DNA of 49,807 nt, taken from contig JANNVQ010000009.1 in NCBI GenBank assembly GCA_031414535.1, positions 1 through 49,807 of the forward strand, in the 5' to 3' direction. Shown here piece after piece: positions 1 to 11,300 of the stretch. This DNA is from Gemmatimonas sp. (GTDB taxonomy: Bacteria > Gemmatimonadota > Gemmatimonadetes > Gemmatimonadales > Gemmatimonadaceae). Under the pieces are notes generated by a model. It was given only the letters and a program-made list of their open reading frames with translations, did no database searches and was not told the DNA's origin. A program made the translations under genes and the position numbers. Positions within the stretch are counted from its first letter, which is position 1. Each line of letters begins with the position of its first letter.

Positions 1-488
1 CGCACGATGCGGCCGTTGTACAGGTCGCCGTCCACCCACTGCCCGCATTCCATCAGCGTGGTGCGCAGTACTCCGATGTCAATCACGTCCCCCTTGATGC
101 CGCCTAACTGCACGCGGTCGCCGGGCCCGTAGAAGCCGCCGAAGAGCACCGCGACCCAACCGGCGGCGGACGCGATGACTTCCTGCAGAGCGAATGCGAT
201 ACCCGCGCCAGCCACGCCGAAAGCCACCGTGAGCCCTCCCAAGCGGCTCGAAAAGCTGCTGAGGATCAGCGCGAAGCCGATGAACGCGGCCACGAAGGTG
301 ATAGCCTTCCGGACGCGGTACCGCAGGTCTGCGTCGCCGATGTGCCTGGCGGCGGCGCGGCGGGCTAGGCGCACCACGAACACCAGCGCGACCAGCGCGA
401 ACAGTACGATGAGCAGGCGCTCTCCGCCGCTCGAGAAGAACCAGCCAGTCAGCAGGTTCACTAGGTCCCGCCCGACGTCTTCACTCAC
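1..488 (-). CDS. mscS: Mechanosensitive ion channel, MscS family (3' end runs off the window)
   Basis: Manual minus-strand translation gives ...LTVAFGVAGAGIAFALQEVIASAAGW...FYGPGDRVQLGGIKGDVIDIGVLRTTLME...DLYNGRIVR, an MscS TM3/beta-domain signature. GTG start at 488 is tentative. Confidence 0.85.
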   Translation of the reverse strand, partial: MSEDVGRDLVNLLTGWFFSSGGERLLIVLFALVALVFVVRLARRAAARHIGDADLRYRVRKAITFVAAFIGFALILSSFSSRLGGLTVAFGVAGAGIAFALQEVIASAAGWVAVLFGGFYGPGDRVQLGGIKGDVIDIGVLRTTLMECGQWVDGDLYNGRIV

Positions 489-566
489 GATGGCCTCGAT
501 TTTTATGGTGCCGTCAGACTTGCCCGTCGCACGCAGTTCGTGCGCGTGCGGTACACGCTGCGCCCA

Positions 567-1349
567 TCAGAACCGACGTGAGACTCCCACGCCGATGTAG
601 TGTGCGGAGCCTAGGCTCGACGTACGTGCGCCACCGTGGACGTCGAGTTGCAGCGTCGGGCGGGCCAGGAACGTCAGCCCAGCAATCAAATATGGTGCGT
701 CCCACGACCCGCTTACGTCCCGCACGGAGAACATCTGAACGAAGCTGCCGAGCTGCTCACTGTGCGATACACTTAACCCAAGAACGCCCGCCCAAGTGTC
801 CGCCGTGCCTACATCGCTCGCCGCCTGCGCCCAAACGACATTCGCGTTCAGGCCAAGACGCGGCGCGAGCGTCCAATCCGCAAGCAGCGCGCCGGAAAGC
901 AGGCTTTGACCTGCGCTGAGTGGCTTCGCTCCAGTGGGCAGCGAAGCACCGAGGAGCAGGGAGATTGCCGGCGCCGTGACGCTAGGCTCACCGGCTCCCT
1001 CACGGAGCACGAGCTTGGCCCCGAGCGCCGCATCGCCCAATCCGTCCGCCGTGAGCGACGCGGAGCGCAGCAGGAGGTACGACGGCGCGGTGACGCGAAG
1101 CTCAAGTGTTGGAGTGAGAGCGCTGCGCAACGTCGCCTCACCGACGACAATCTGGTCGACTCCGTCGGCGCGGCTGAAGCTGACGCCCGATTCAACTTGG
1201 GGGAACCCGATGGGGACCACGCCGGTACCGGTTGAGAAACTCGGTCGGTCGGTGGAGAGTGGGGCGGGGGCAGTGCGAGTCTCCAGCCTACTGCACGCGC
1301 ACACTGCAACGACGGAACCGACGAGTAGGGCGCGGATGGAGAGGCGCAT
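567..1349 (-). CDS. Outer-membrane beta-barrel, putative MetA-pathway/phenol degradation-type transporter
   Basis: Signal peptide/lipobox, TDRPSF...VVPxGxxQVESG motif, GLGDAALGAK, C-terminal F. Start moved to MRLSIR. Confidence 0.7.
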   Translation of the reverse strand: MRLSIRALLVGSVVAVCACSRLETRTAPAPLSTDRPSFSTGTGVVPIGFPQVESGVSFSRADGVDQIVVGEATLRSALTPTLELRVTAPSYLLLRSASLTADGLGDAALGAKLVLREGAGEPSVTAPAISLLLGASLPTGAKPLSAGQSLLSGALLADWTLAPRLGLNANVVWAQAASDVGTADTWAGVLGLSVSHSEQLGSFVQMFSVRDVSGSWDAPYLIAGLTFLARPTLQLDVHGGARTSSLGSAHYIGVGVSRRF

Positions 1350-1420
1350 AGCGATGGTTGTGTGGGGAGGTGCAGACTCGCGAGGGCATTTGAGTATGCA
1401 CGACAATGAGCGGTCGGACG

Positions 1421-1557
1421 GTATCGCGTGGGCTTCCGCTGTGGTCGCGTCAATAGAATGCAGTGCTGGGGCGGCCGCTAGACCGTCCCATTTCTAACAC
1501 CGGTCGCCCCACAACTGCGTCTTTACCCGCGGCTACCGGCAGCACGCGTGGTTATGC
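1421..1557 (-). repeat. Degenerate orphan attC site of the same family as the array at 30-50 kb
   Basis: Aligns with the array repeats (gtgggcttccgctgtg...gcagtgctggggcggccgctagacc...ccccacaactgc...ggcagcacgcgtggttatgc). The left core reads gtatcgc instead of NNNTAAC. Confidence 0.75.
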
Positions 1558-1872
1558 CGTGTCGAGCGAATCATCTCGGAGCGCGCGCAGGAGCACCGCA
1601 TCCGGCTCCTCGCCGAATGTGTCGTCGGTGTACTCCGCAGATGTGTCTTTGGCATCAAGCGAGTGGAATTCGTGGACTGCCGATTCGAGCGCCCCGCGCC
1701 CCGCCAAGTAGTCCGCGATGACGTGGAGAGCGCAGACATCGTCGTCACCCGAAGCGTCGAGATCGTCAAGCATTTCGGCCGCGTCGACTGTATCTGCCGC
1801 GAGCCGCAACTCAAGGCTCGGGCGGTCGATGGCTCGGAACAGCGCGTGTCCTGGCAGTGCGAGCCCCATCAA
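1552..1872 (-). CDS. Hypothetical acidic protein, possible relic cassette gene
   Basis: 106-aa ORF whose TAA stop lies inside the core of the orphan attC, as in the array cassettes. Confidence 0.4.
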   Translation of the reverse strand: MMGLALPGHALFRAIDRPSLELRLAADTVDAAEMLDDLDASGDDDVCALHVIADYLAGRGALESAVHEFHSLDAKDTSAEYTDDTFGEEPDAVLLRALRDDSLDTA

Positions 1873-1905
1873 GCAATGTCATGCCGGCGACCGGTGTTTG
1901 CGACG

Positions 1906-2301
1906 TCAGGCCGCGTGGCCAGGCGTGACTCTCGAGAAGACGACGCACTCGCTCGCCACGCCCAGAGAGAGCCCGAGCGCCGCGGCGACCATTCCCGCGC
2001 CCGATCCCTCTGTCGCGCCGATCGAGAACCCTGTGAACCAGGCCAGCAGCGCGCCGACCACGGCGATCACTGCCGACTGCACGAGCGCCGTCTGCCGGCT
2101 CCGGCGTCTCCCGATTGCCGAGGCGAGCACGCCGGCCGCGAAGACCGTGGCGACGAACGCCATCCAGAACAGGCGCAGGTCCGCGCCTGTGCTCGCGTAG
2201 CGGAATAGCCCGAACGTTACGGGGGCCGCGCCGAACGCAACGGTGCCCACGAGCGCCAAGCGCTGCGCCGGCGTACGCTGGGGGATCGTCTTCGTGTTCA
2301 T
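1906..2301 (-). CDS. Hypothetical membrane protein (about 4 TM segments)
   Basis: 131-aa ORF with four hydrophobic stretches; ATG start overlaps the upstream stop. Confidence 0.6.
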   Translation of the reverse strand: MNTKTIPQRTPAQRLALVGTVAFGAAPVTFGLFRYASTGADLRLFWMAFVATVFAAGVLASAIGRRRSRQTALVQSAVIAVVGALLAWFTGFSIGATEGSGAGMVAAALGLSLGVASECVVFSRVTPGHAA

Positions 2302-2516
2302 CCCTTGCGACCCGCTTTGCTACGATTCCTGTGCCCGAGCGGCTCGCCGGCATTCGGCTTCGAAGCCAGCGCCATACGGTCATTGAGGTGCTCGGCCGCC
2401 TGCGAGGTCACCTCGGGGTGCGGCTCGGTGCTCTGCGGCGCCGGTGCTTCCTGATGTTCGAGCTGCGGCGGATGCTCGAGCACGGGCAGCGGGGTGGAGG
2501 TTTGCTTCTTGGTCAT
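2298..2516 (-). CDS. Small hypothetical protein
   Basis: 72-aa ATG ORF with an ATGA overlap into the next gene. Confidence 0.4.
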   Translation of the reverse strand: MTKKQTSTPLPVLEHPPQLEHQEAPAPQSTEPHPEVTSQAAEHLNDRMALASKPNAGEPLGHRNRSKAGRKG

Positions 2517-2764
2517 CTGATCCGCCAGTCGGGGGAAGTGTGCATGCCTTCTCCCCTGTATTCAGCATCGTGCGCCGGCTTCGGACCATCGCACGATGGA
2601 GCTAATCCCGCATCACGCCGTGTTGTGGAACATCACCGCCAGCCAATCCTTCCCCGCGCTCGTCGGCAGCAAGCATCGTTGGGCGCCGCCGCTCACGAGG
2701 CCAGCAACCACGGCGTACACGCAAGGTTTCTCGATTCAACCTCCCATCCCGTGAACCCACATTC

Positions 2765-3334
2765 CTATCCCGCGAGCGCTCGCTGTAACGCCCGTGCGAG
2801 TTGCGCCTCGGTGAATGGTTTATCCACCACTTGCGATACGCCTAATAACGAGAACTCTCGGGCAACCGACTCTTCCATGCGCCCGCTCGCCACCACGACG
2901 GGAATCACCGGGAGGTTCCGCCGCAGCGCCCGGACGAAGACCAACCCATCCATATGGGGCATGTGAAGGTCCGTGATGACGACGCGAAGGTCTGCCTGGT
3001 GTTGCGCAGCACGAACGAGACCTTCGGCTCCATCCACGGCGGTCAGTGGCTGGAAATTCAAGCGCCGAAGCACCATGACCGCCATCTCACGCACGCTCGC
3101 CTCGTCATCCACGAGGAGGATGGTCTCCCCCCGCCCAAGAAACACCTCGTCGGCCGCAGCCGGCTTATCAGGATCAATGGCGACCGGCTCCGCGGGTCGG
3201 TGGGCAGCCGAACGTGCTACGGCGGTCGTACGCTGCTGGACTGCACGCGCACGGCGCGCGACTGTCCTCGCTGGCAGTGCATCTGTTGCCAGCGCGGCCA
3301 TCGAGCAGCCAGCGACCCTCCGCTTCCGTGGCAT
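2765..3334 (-). CDS. Response regulator receiver (CheY-like) protein
   Basis: ILLVDDE...VVITDLHMPHMDG...VVVASG...VDKPF receiver motifs. Start uncertain. Confidence 0.8.
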   Translation of the reverse strand: MPRKRRVAGCSMAALATDALPARTVARRARAVQQRTTAVARSAAHRPAEPVAIDPDKPAAADEVFLGRGETILLVDDEASVREMAVMVLRRLNFQPLTAVDGAEGLVRAAQHQADLRVVITDLHMPHMDGLVFVRALRRNLPVIPVVVASGRMEESVAREFSLLGVSQVVDKPFTEAQLARALQRALAG

Positions 3335-3892
3335 CCGTCACTCTCCCGCGCGGGGATTCGGCGCGTAGATGCAGGGTACCCAAAACCCCGAACCAGCTCA
3401 CGGCCGGGACAAACACCGCCAGCATTGGAAGGCTACCACGCAAAGACTCCGAATGCCATTCTCGCATACTGCGCAGCGTCTCTACATACACCCCACAGCT
3501 TGATGCGCAACGAGCACCAACGTCCCCCGGGGCTTCCACTCCACACGAGTCCCCCGCTGACCAGAGTGCGCCACATCGCGTCCTCGCGCGTGTGCGCGAC
3601 GCGCTGCCGAGTCTTCACATAGCATGAGGTCCCACGGGGCACGTAACCGAGGAGGTTGCGATGCCGTGGCGGGAGCTGAGACCTAGGGACCAGCGGAAGG
3701 ACTTCGTGCGCGGGTACCGGCGCGGCCGCGTCGCTAAACGGTGGTGAGAGGTTAAATCAGCGTGCACTTCATTAAACAAAAGGCAAATACCGAACATGAC
3801 CTCGGGACGCACACCCGCGACGCATCCCGGCGACGAGGCGCGTGCATGCGCGTTGGGCCTAGGGCCGCCGCGGCCGCCGGGGCCGCCGCCCG

Positions 3893-6028
3893 TCAACCCC
3901 GATTGGCTCCCGGGTTGTGCGAGAACACCTCCGCCACGGTCGCCAGCAAAGCGGTGATGGTGAATGGCTTTTGGAGGAAGGCATCTGGCTGAACCGCCGC
4001 ATCTGCACCGCTGCCCGCCTCCCCGAAGCCGGAAATGAGGATACTCCGCGAGGCCGGCCAGCGTTCGCGTGCCGCGCGGATGATCGCGAGCCCGCTGCCG
4101 CCGGGCATGCTGAGGTCGGTCACGACGAGATCCACGTGCCGCGCGTCGTGCTGCAGAAACTCAAGCGCCGCGCCCACGTTGTCGGCTTCACTGACTTCGA
4201 AGCCCGCGCGCCGCAGCACTGTGCGCAACATACTGAGGAGCATAGGCTCGTCGTCCACGATCAGCGCGTGCGCGCCCTGCCAAGGCGGTGCCCCGGCGGG
4301 CTCTGCGACCACCGCGGGCGACACGCTCGCGTGTTCGAGGTCCGCAGAAGTCGGCAGCAAGATGCGAAACGTGGTGCCGCGGTTCACCACGGACTCGACG
4401 TGCACCTCGCCCCCGAGCGATCGAACGATGCCGTGGACGCTCGCCAGCCCCAGCCCCGTTCCATCGGCTGGCGCCTTCGTGGTGAAGAAGGGGTCGAAGA
4501 TCTTGCCCAAGTGTTCGGAAGGAATGCCGATGCCCGTATCAGCCACCTCGATCTCGACATACGACGCCCCATCCATCGCCGATGGCCAGCGCCGGCGGAC
4601 GTTCTCGTCCGCGACAACGTCGCGCACGGCAACCCACAGCTTGCCGCCATTCCGCTGGGCCATCGCTTGCGCGGCGTTGCTGCCCAGGTTCAGCAAAATC
4701 TGTTGGATCTCCGCCGCATCCACGTCGGCGCAGAACTCCGAGCGCAACTGCGTCTCGAAAGTGATGGTCGCTGGTATCGACGCGCGGAGTAGCGGCAGCG
4801 TCTCCTCCACCACGGCAGACAGTCGCCGGGAGCGACGGTTGCGCACCTCCTGACGGCTAAAGGCCATCATCTGGCGCACGATATCCCCCGCGCGACGGCA
4901 GGCCAGCGCAATGCGCTCCAGTGCCTCCGCCTGCGCGCCGACCGCCTGGAGTCGGGCCACCTCCGCCACGGCCAAGATGGAACCGATGATGTTGTTGAAG
5001 TCATGTGCGATGCCGCCCGAGAGCGTACCCAACGCCTCAAGCTTCTCGCTGCGGCGCAGGCGCTCCTCAAGCGTCCATTCGTGCGTCACGTCGCGCAAGA
5101 TGGCGACGCACTCATCCGACTCGCGATCACTCGCGCGCAGCGGCGTCACCGTGAGTTCACAGCGCCGAGCCACACCGCCGTCCCCGAGAATGTTCACGGT
5201 CCCGCGCCACACCTCGCCTCGCGCCATCGCCTCGGGCAGCGATGGTGTCTCTCGAGTTTCTGTCGTATCAAAGCGCAGGTGCGTCGCAGCGCCGAGCAGG
5301 ACGGTCGCCGACGCGTTTACATAAGAGATTCGGCCATTGCGGTCCGAGAGCACGATGCCTTCCGCCGCCTGCGCCACCGCGCCTGCGAGGCGGTCGCGGC
5401 TTGCGGTTGACCGCCGCTCCCGCTCGAGCGAGCGCTCGAGGCGGCGCAACAAGACAGCCACGGAGATGGTGAGCGTGGCGTCAACGAACAGGAAGTTCAG
5501 GGAAATCAGCAGGAACTTCAGGGCGGGCGTGTCGCCGAATCTGCCCATCGGGAGGTCGGCGGCAGCGAGATAGCCGAGGCCACCCAGAGTCAACGTCACG
5601 AGGGCAAGGGCCGCTAACGCGGGCCGCAACCCGAGCAACAGGGCGGTGAGGATTGGCACCGCCATCAGGTAGATCTGGCTGACCAGCCCGACCGTGAACA
5701 GGAAGTACAGGCCTACCCCATACGCGATGCCAAGAAAGAGGCCCGTGCGCCAGGCGAACGAAATCCGCGGATGCAGCGTCAGCACCCAGCAGCCGGCCAG
5801 CGCCAGCACGTCAACCAGGACGGTGTCGTACAGCCCATCGCGGTAGGCGAGCCAGATACTCGGCACGCCGCTGATCGTCCCGAGCACCAGCGACATCGAG
5901 AGCAAGGCGAACAGGACGCGCTCGCGCCAAATGAGCGGGTTGGATTCCTCCTCCTCGGCGCTCGGTGCGATGCGCTGCCGGAGTTCCTGCACGAGATTCA
6001 TTATCGACGGGGACGGGAGATTGGGCAC
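3893..6028 (-). CDS. Membrane-bound hybrid histidine kinase (TM-PAS-HisKA-HATPase-REC)
   Basis: N-terminal TM helices; EALGTLSGGIAHDFNN H-box; DTGIG, FDPFFTTK, GTGLGL; C-terminal receiver. May start at ATG 6001. Confidence 0.93.
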   Translation of the reverse strand: MPNLPSPSIMNLVQELRQRIAPSAEEEESNPLIWRERVLFALLSMSLVLGTISGVPSIWLAYRDGLYDTVLVDVLALAGCWVLTLHPRISFAWRTGLFLGIAYGVGLYFLFTVGLVSQIYLMAVPILTALLLGLRPALAALALVTLTLGGLGYLAAADLPMGRFGDTPALKFLLISLNFLFVDATLTISVAVLLRRLERSLERERRSTASRDRLAGAVAQAAEGIVLSDRNGRISYVNASATVLLGAATHLRFDTTETRETPSLPEAMARGEVWRGTVNILGDGGVARRCELTVTPLRASDRESDECVAILRDVTHEWTLEERLRRSEKLEALGTLSGGIAHDFNNIIGSILAVAEVARLQAVGAQAEALERIALACRRAGDIVRQMMAFSRQEVRNRRSRRLSAVVEETLPLLRASIPATITFETQLRSEFCADVDAAEIQQILLNLGSNAAQAMAQRNGGKLWVAVRDVVADENVRRRWPSAMDGASYVEIEVADTGIGIPSEHLGKIFDPFFTTKAPADGTGLGLASVHGIVRSLGGEVHVESVVNRGTTFRILLPTSADLEHASVSPAVVAEPAGAPPWQGAHALIVDDEPMLLSMLRTVLRRAGFEVSEADNVGAALEFLQHDARHVDLVVTDLSMPGGSGLAIIRAARERWPASRSILISGFGEAGSGADAAVQPDAFLQKPFTITALLATVAEVFSHNPGANRG

Positions 6029-6259
6029 ACAGGGGTCGGACGATTGCCTTAGCCCAACCCCAAAATATTGAACCGCGATCGCCAGCCGCGCGAGGGCGGA
6101 TCCGCCACGGGCGAGGTGCGTTACGTCCGCGCGGAAGTACCGCTTGACGTCAGGGTTTTCCCGATACTAAAGTTTAAATTGAGCTCAGTGTGAGCGGCTC
6201 CATCGGGCGGATTTTGGCTCACCCCGTGCGGAGCGATTCCTTTTCGACTTGGTGGGCCC

Positions 6260-8011
6260 ATGAGTGGGAAGCAACGGTTTGCAACGGCGGGCGTGGCAAA
6301 GTGCCCCACCGGCATCGTCGGCTTCGACGAGTTGGTTGGTGGTGGGTTGCCCCGCGGGCGCTCGACGCTCGTGACTGGCGGACCCGGCGCCGGCAAAACG
6401 GTCTTCGCACTCCAGACCTTAGTCAACGGGGCGAAGGACTTTGGCGAGGCGGGCATCTTCGTCGCATTCGAGGAACACTCTCGAGAGCTGCTCGCCAACG
6501 CCGCGAGCTTCGGCTGGGGCCTGGAGCGCCTGACGCCGAACCGCCTCTTTGTGCTCGACGCGCAGCCCGATCCCGAGCTGATGCGCTCCGGCGACTTCGA
6601 CTTGAAGGGCATGCTCGCGGCGCTGTCGGCCAAGGTGCGGCAGACGGGCGCGCGACGCGTCGTGTTCGACGCGCTCGATGTCGTGCTGCATCTGCTCGAT
6701 GATCCGCAGGCCGCACATCGGGAGATCTTTCGCCTGCGGGACTGGCTGCTGGAGCACGGGCTGACGGCGGTTCTCACGAGCAAGATTCACCGCGAACCCA
6801 ACGAGATGGGGCGGGAGCCGAGCCGGCAGCCTGACAGCTACCTGCAGTTCATCGTGGACTGCGCCGTGGTGCTCAACCACGAGGCCGCGGACGGGATGTC
6901 GCAACGCAATCTCCGAGTAATCAAGTATCGCGGGTCGGCGTTCGCGGAGAACGCGGCCCCCTTTGTGCTTGGTGAGTCAGGACTTTCAGTCGCCGCGGGG
7001 CCCTCGCTCGACCGCTCCGTGGCCGCGACGACCACGGAGCGCGTGTCCTCCGGAATCCCGCGGTTGGACGCGATGCTTGGAGGCGGTTACTTCCGTGGGG
7101 CGAGTGTCTTGATCACCGGAGCGCCCGGCACCGCCAAGACGTCGCTCTGCGGGGCCTTCGCCGAGGCGGCCTGTCGGCGTGGCGAACGTACGCTGTTCGT
7201 GAGCTTCGACTCTGGGGCGGACGAAATCGGGCGCAACCTCCAGTCGGTGAACATCCGGTTGAATCAGCACCGGCGCAGTGGCCGGCTGCGGTTGGTGTCC
7301 CCGAGTTCCGGCGGGGCCAGTGCCGAGATGCAGTTTTCGCAGATCAAGCGCATGGTCGCGGAGCATCGCGCACGCCACCTGATTATTGACCCGCTCTCGG
7401 CGCTCGCCCTTCCCGGCAATCTCGAGACCGCGCGTGGCGTGGTGGAACGCCTCGGCCATTGGGTGAAGTCCGAGGGCATCACGCTACTCGCCACCAGCCT
7501 GCTCGATGGTAGCCAGCCGGAGGACGAGGGAACGCCGCTGCAGATTTCCACCCTTGCCGATACTTGGTTGCACGTCAGCTACCTCGTCCGCCACGGCGAA
7601 CGCAACCGGGCGCTCACGATTATCAAGTCGCGGGGCACTCAGCACTCGAACCAAGTGCGCGAGTTGGTGCTCCGGACGTCGGGGATCAGCTTGGAGGACG
7701 TGTACACGGCGGGAGGCGAGGTGCTGATGGGCGCGTTGCGATTTGAGAAGGAGGCCGCCGTCCGCGCGGCGGCGGCGCAGGCGGCGCTAGAGGAGAAGCG
7801 CGAGCGCGTCGAACTCGAGAACTCCACCATGGAGTTGATGAGCCGTATAAAGCAGCTGGAACGAGAGCTTGCGCTCAAGCGAGCCCAGCGCGAGAGCCTC
7901 GGCGTGGAAGCGGCGAAGCGCGCGAAGGTTCGCGCCGCTGGAGAGGCGGACCTGAAGCAACTCCGCGGCGCGGACGCCACGCGCCGCCCCAAGCGGCAGG
8001 CACGCCCATGA
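6260..8011 (+). CDS. kaiC: Circadian clock protein KaiC homologue (double RecA-like ATPase)
   Basis: Two Walker A motifs (GGPGAGKT, GAPGTAKT), KCPTGIVGFDEL start, KYRGS/KSRGT, ISTLADT phosphorylation-site motif, C-terminal coiled coil. Confidence 0.95.
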   Translation: MSGKQRFATAGVAKCPTGIVGFDELVGGGLPRGRSTLVTGGPGAGKTVFALQTLVNGAKDFGEAGIFVAFEEHSRELLANAASFGWGLERLTPNRLFVLDAQPDPELMRSGDFDLKGMLAALSAKVRQTGARRVVFDALDVVLHLLDDPQAAHREIFRLRDWLLEHGLTAVLTSKIHREPNEMGREPSRQPDSYLQFIVDCAVVLNHEAADGMSQRNLRVIKYRGSAFAENAAPFVLGESGLSVAAGPSLDRSVAATTTERVSSGIPRLDAMLGGGYFRGASVLITGAPGTAKTSLCGAFAEAACRRGERTLFVSFDSGADEIGRNLQSVNIRLNQHRRSGRLRLVSPSSGGASAEMQFSQIKRMVAEHRARHLIIDPLSALALPGNLETARGVVERLGHWVKSEGITLLATSLLDGSQPEDEGTPLQISTLADTWLHVSYLVRHGERNRALTIIKSRGTQHSNQVRELVLRTSGISLEDVYTAGGEVLMGALRFEKEAAVRAAAAQAALEEKRERVELENSTMELMSRIKQLERELALKRAQRESLGVEAAKRAKVRAAGEADLKQLRGADATRRPKRQARP

Positions 8012-8310
8012 CGCCTCGTGCCGCCACCACCGTACGCTTCCGCCTCTTCGTGGCCGGGGAGTCGCCAAACTCTCTGCAGGCCGTTGCTAATCTGCGTGCG
8101 CTCTGTGACGCAGATCTGGCCGGCCGCCACGAGGTCGAGATTGTGGACCTGATGCAGACCCCCGAGCGCGCGCTCGAGGAGAACATCCTCCTGACCCCGA
8201 CATTGGTGAAGGTCGCTCCTGGTCCGGTGCTGCGCATCGTCGGCGCGCTGACCGACCGCGACGTGCTGCGCCGCGCCCTGAGCTTATCCGCCGGTTCGAA
8301 ATCGCGGTGA
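8008..8310 (+). CDS. kaiB: Circadian clock protein KaiB homologue
   Basis: FRLFVAGESPNSLQAVANL...EIVDL...PERA...ILLTPTLVKVAPGP.RIVG; overlaps the kaiC stop. Confidence 0.93.
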   Translation: MTPRAATTVRFRLFVAGESPNSLQAVANLRALCDADLAGRHEVEIVDLMQTPERALEENILLTPTLVKVAPGPVLRIVGALTDRDVLRRALSLSAGSKSR

Positions 8311-11300
8311 CGTCCAAAAAGCGGGGACCTCCTTCGGATGCAGGCGCGCGGATTGCCGAATTGGTCAGGCAATTTCACGAGGCTGAGCGCGAGCTCCATG
8401 AGCTCACGGGCGGAGAGCTGGATGCAATCTCGGGCTTGGGGAAAACGCCGCTGCTGCTCCACGAAGCGCAGGAGCGACTGCGCGCCAGTGAAGACGCGCA
8501 TCGTGCGCAGGCGCAACGGCAGCTCGCCATCCTGAACGCGCTGCCCGCGCACATCGCCCTGCTCGATCGGGATGGCGTCATCGTGGCCGTCAACGAAGCG
8601 TGGCGCCGCTTTGCCTCCGCAAACGCATTGCAGAGTGCGGAGTTTCTTGTTGGACAGAACTACCTCGCGGTGTGCGAGAGCGCTGATGGCGACTGCGCGG
8701 AGGAGTCGGAGTCCGTCGCGCGCGGCATTCGACGCGTGCTGAACGGCGACGAGCAGGAATTCTCGCTCGAGTACCCCTGCCACTCGCCGACGGAACGTCG
8801 TTGGTTCCGAGTGATGGTGACGCCGCTCTCTGCGGACCGGCTCGCAGGCGCCGTCGTGATGCACGTCAACGTGACGGAACGACGGCTGGCGGACGAGGCG
8901 TTGCGCGAACGCGAGCGCCAGCAGCGGCAGTTGGCAGAGTCCCTGGCCGCCGAGACACGCCGCCTGTACGAGTCCCAAGCCGTGGCCTCCATTGGCAGTT
9001 GGGAAACGGACCTGCGGACACTGGATGTCGCGTGGACAGCGGAGACGTTTAGGATTTTCGAGGTCAGTCCCGATGCCTTCCGACCAACACATCAGGGCTT
9101 TTTGGATCGTGTGCATCCGGCCGACCGAGAGCTGGTCAGTGAGGCCTTCATCGCCTCCGCGGGGCAAGAGGGCATCTGCACCATCGAGCACCGGATCCTG
9201 CTGCCCGACGGCCGCATCAAGGTCGTGGAAGAGCGATGGCAGGCCTTCGCCGACGAGAGCGGTGCGCCGAGTCGTGCCGTCGGCACCTGCCAAGACATCA
9301 CGGAGCGCCGACGCGCGGGCGACTTGCTGCTGCTACGCGCCCGCCAACAAGAGGCTGTTGCCCGCATCGGATTCGAGACCGCGCGAGCGACAACCGTGGA
9401 GGGGATCCTCGAGTTCGTGGTCCATACCGTCGCTGGGGCACTCGAGGTGGAGATGTGCAAGGTGCTTCAGCTGACGCCCGATGGCCGTCAGCTGCGCCTG
9501 GTATCCGGCGTCGGCTGGCAGTCGGGTATGGTTGGGACGGCACTGGTGGGCGTTGACGACGCGTCGCAGGCGGGGTATACCTTGGCGTCTGCGGGGCCGA
9601 TTTTCGTCAACGACCTGCGGACGGAAACGCGCTTTCACGCGCCGCCGTTGCTCACCCAGCACGAGGTCATCAGCGGACTCAGTGTCACCATCTCCATTGT
9701 CGGGAAGCCATGGGGAGTGCTCGGCGCCCATTCCCGGTCCGTCCGAGAGTTTGGGGAGATCGACGCCCAGTTCATGCAGTCGGTGGCGTCGCTCTTGGCG
9801 GTGGTCATCGAGCGGCTGGCCGCACAGCGTACCCTCGCGCAGAGTGAGCGCCGGATGCGGGATGCGCAGCGCATCGCCAACATCGGCAGCTGGGAACTGG
9901 AGATCGCCGACGGGCGGCGTACCTGGTCGGATGAGGTCTGCCAAATTCTCGGTGTGCCACCGGTGCCGCTGGGCCAACCGCAGGAATCGTACTTTGAATT
10001 GGTGCATCCCGACGATCGGGAGCGGGTCTCTGCAGCGCAGGCCAGCGCCATAGCCGGTGACGCAGTGTTTGACGTCGAGCATCGGATTGTGCGCCCGGAT
10101 GGCGTGACGCGCCACGTGCGACAGCGCGCTGAGTTGGTGCGCGATGAGGAGCAACGCCCCGTGGTGCTGTCGGGGACGCTTCTGGATATCACAGAGCGCG
10201 TGCAGCGGGAGCTGCAGATGGAGGAGGCGCAGCGTCGGTATCGCGACCTCGTGGAGAGCTCGCAGGACCTGATCTGGGCGGTAGACGCGACGGGCGTCAT
10301 CACGTTCATGAACCAGGCGAGCCGCACAATTTATGGACGCGAGCCCGAGGAGATGATCGGCCGACCCTTTCTCGAATTTGTGCCGCCGGATCAGTACGAG
10401 AAGGACCTCGCCACGTTCACCGAAGCCCTGGAGAGCGGGCAAGAGACGCTCAACTATGTCAGCCGCGTCTATCGCAAGGACGGGAGCATCGTCATTCTGA
10501 ACGCGAACGCGCGGATCATGCGCGACGCGGCCGGTCAGGTGATGGGCAGCACGGGCATCTCGCGCGACATGACGGCGAGCCTCCGGGCGCAGGAGGCGCT
10601 ACGAGAGAGTGATGCCCACCTGCAGTTCACGCTAGAATCGTCGCAGCTGGGGGATTGGGAACTGGACTTGGCCACGGGAGAGGCGCGGCACTCTCTGCGG
10701 CACGACCGGTGCTTCGGATACACTGCTCCGCTGCCGAAGTGGAACTTCGAGATATTCATCGCCCACGTTCACCCCGACGACCGCGAACGGGTCCAGACCG
10801 CGTTTCAGGCCGCCGTCGCGACAAGTACTCCATGGGACTTTGACTGTCGGGTGATTTGGCCGGATGGCACCGTGCACTGGATTGCCGCGCGGGGAAGCGT
10901 CTTTCTCGTTGACGGAAAGGCCGAGCGGATGCACGGCATCGTCCAAGACATCACCCAACGGAAGGAAACCGAGGAGCAGTTGCGGAATAGCCAGCGGATG
11001 ATGCGCATTGCGGGCCGTGCGGCCAAGCTGGGCGGGTGGAGTATCGATCTGCCGGAGTTCAAGGTGACGTGGAGTGATGAGACCGCCATTATCCACGACT
11101 GCGAGCCGGGCTATTCTCCGAGCCTGCAGGAGGCGATTGCGTTCTATCTGCCCGAGGACCGGGATACCATCTCGGAGCACGTACGCGTGATTACGACCGA
11201 GGGGACCCCCTGGGGTTTCGAGCACGAGCTGATCACCGCCAAGCAGCGGCGGATCTGGGTACGCGCGATTGGCGAGGCGCGCCGGAACGAAGCCGGAGAA

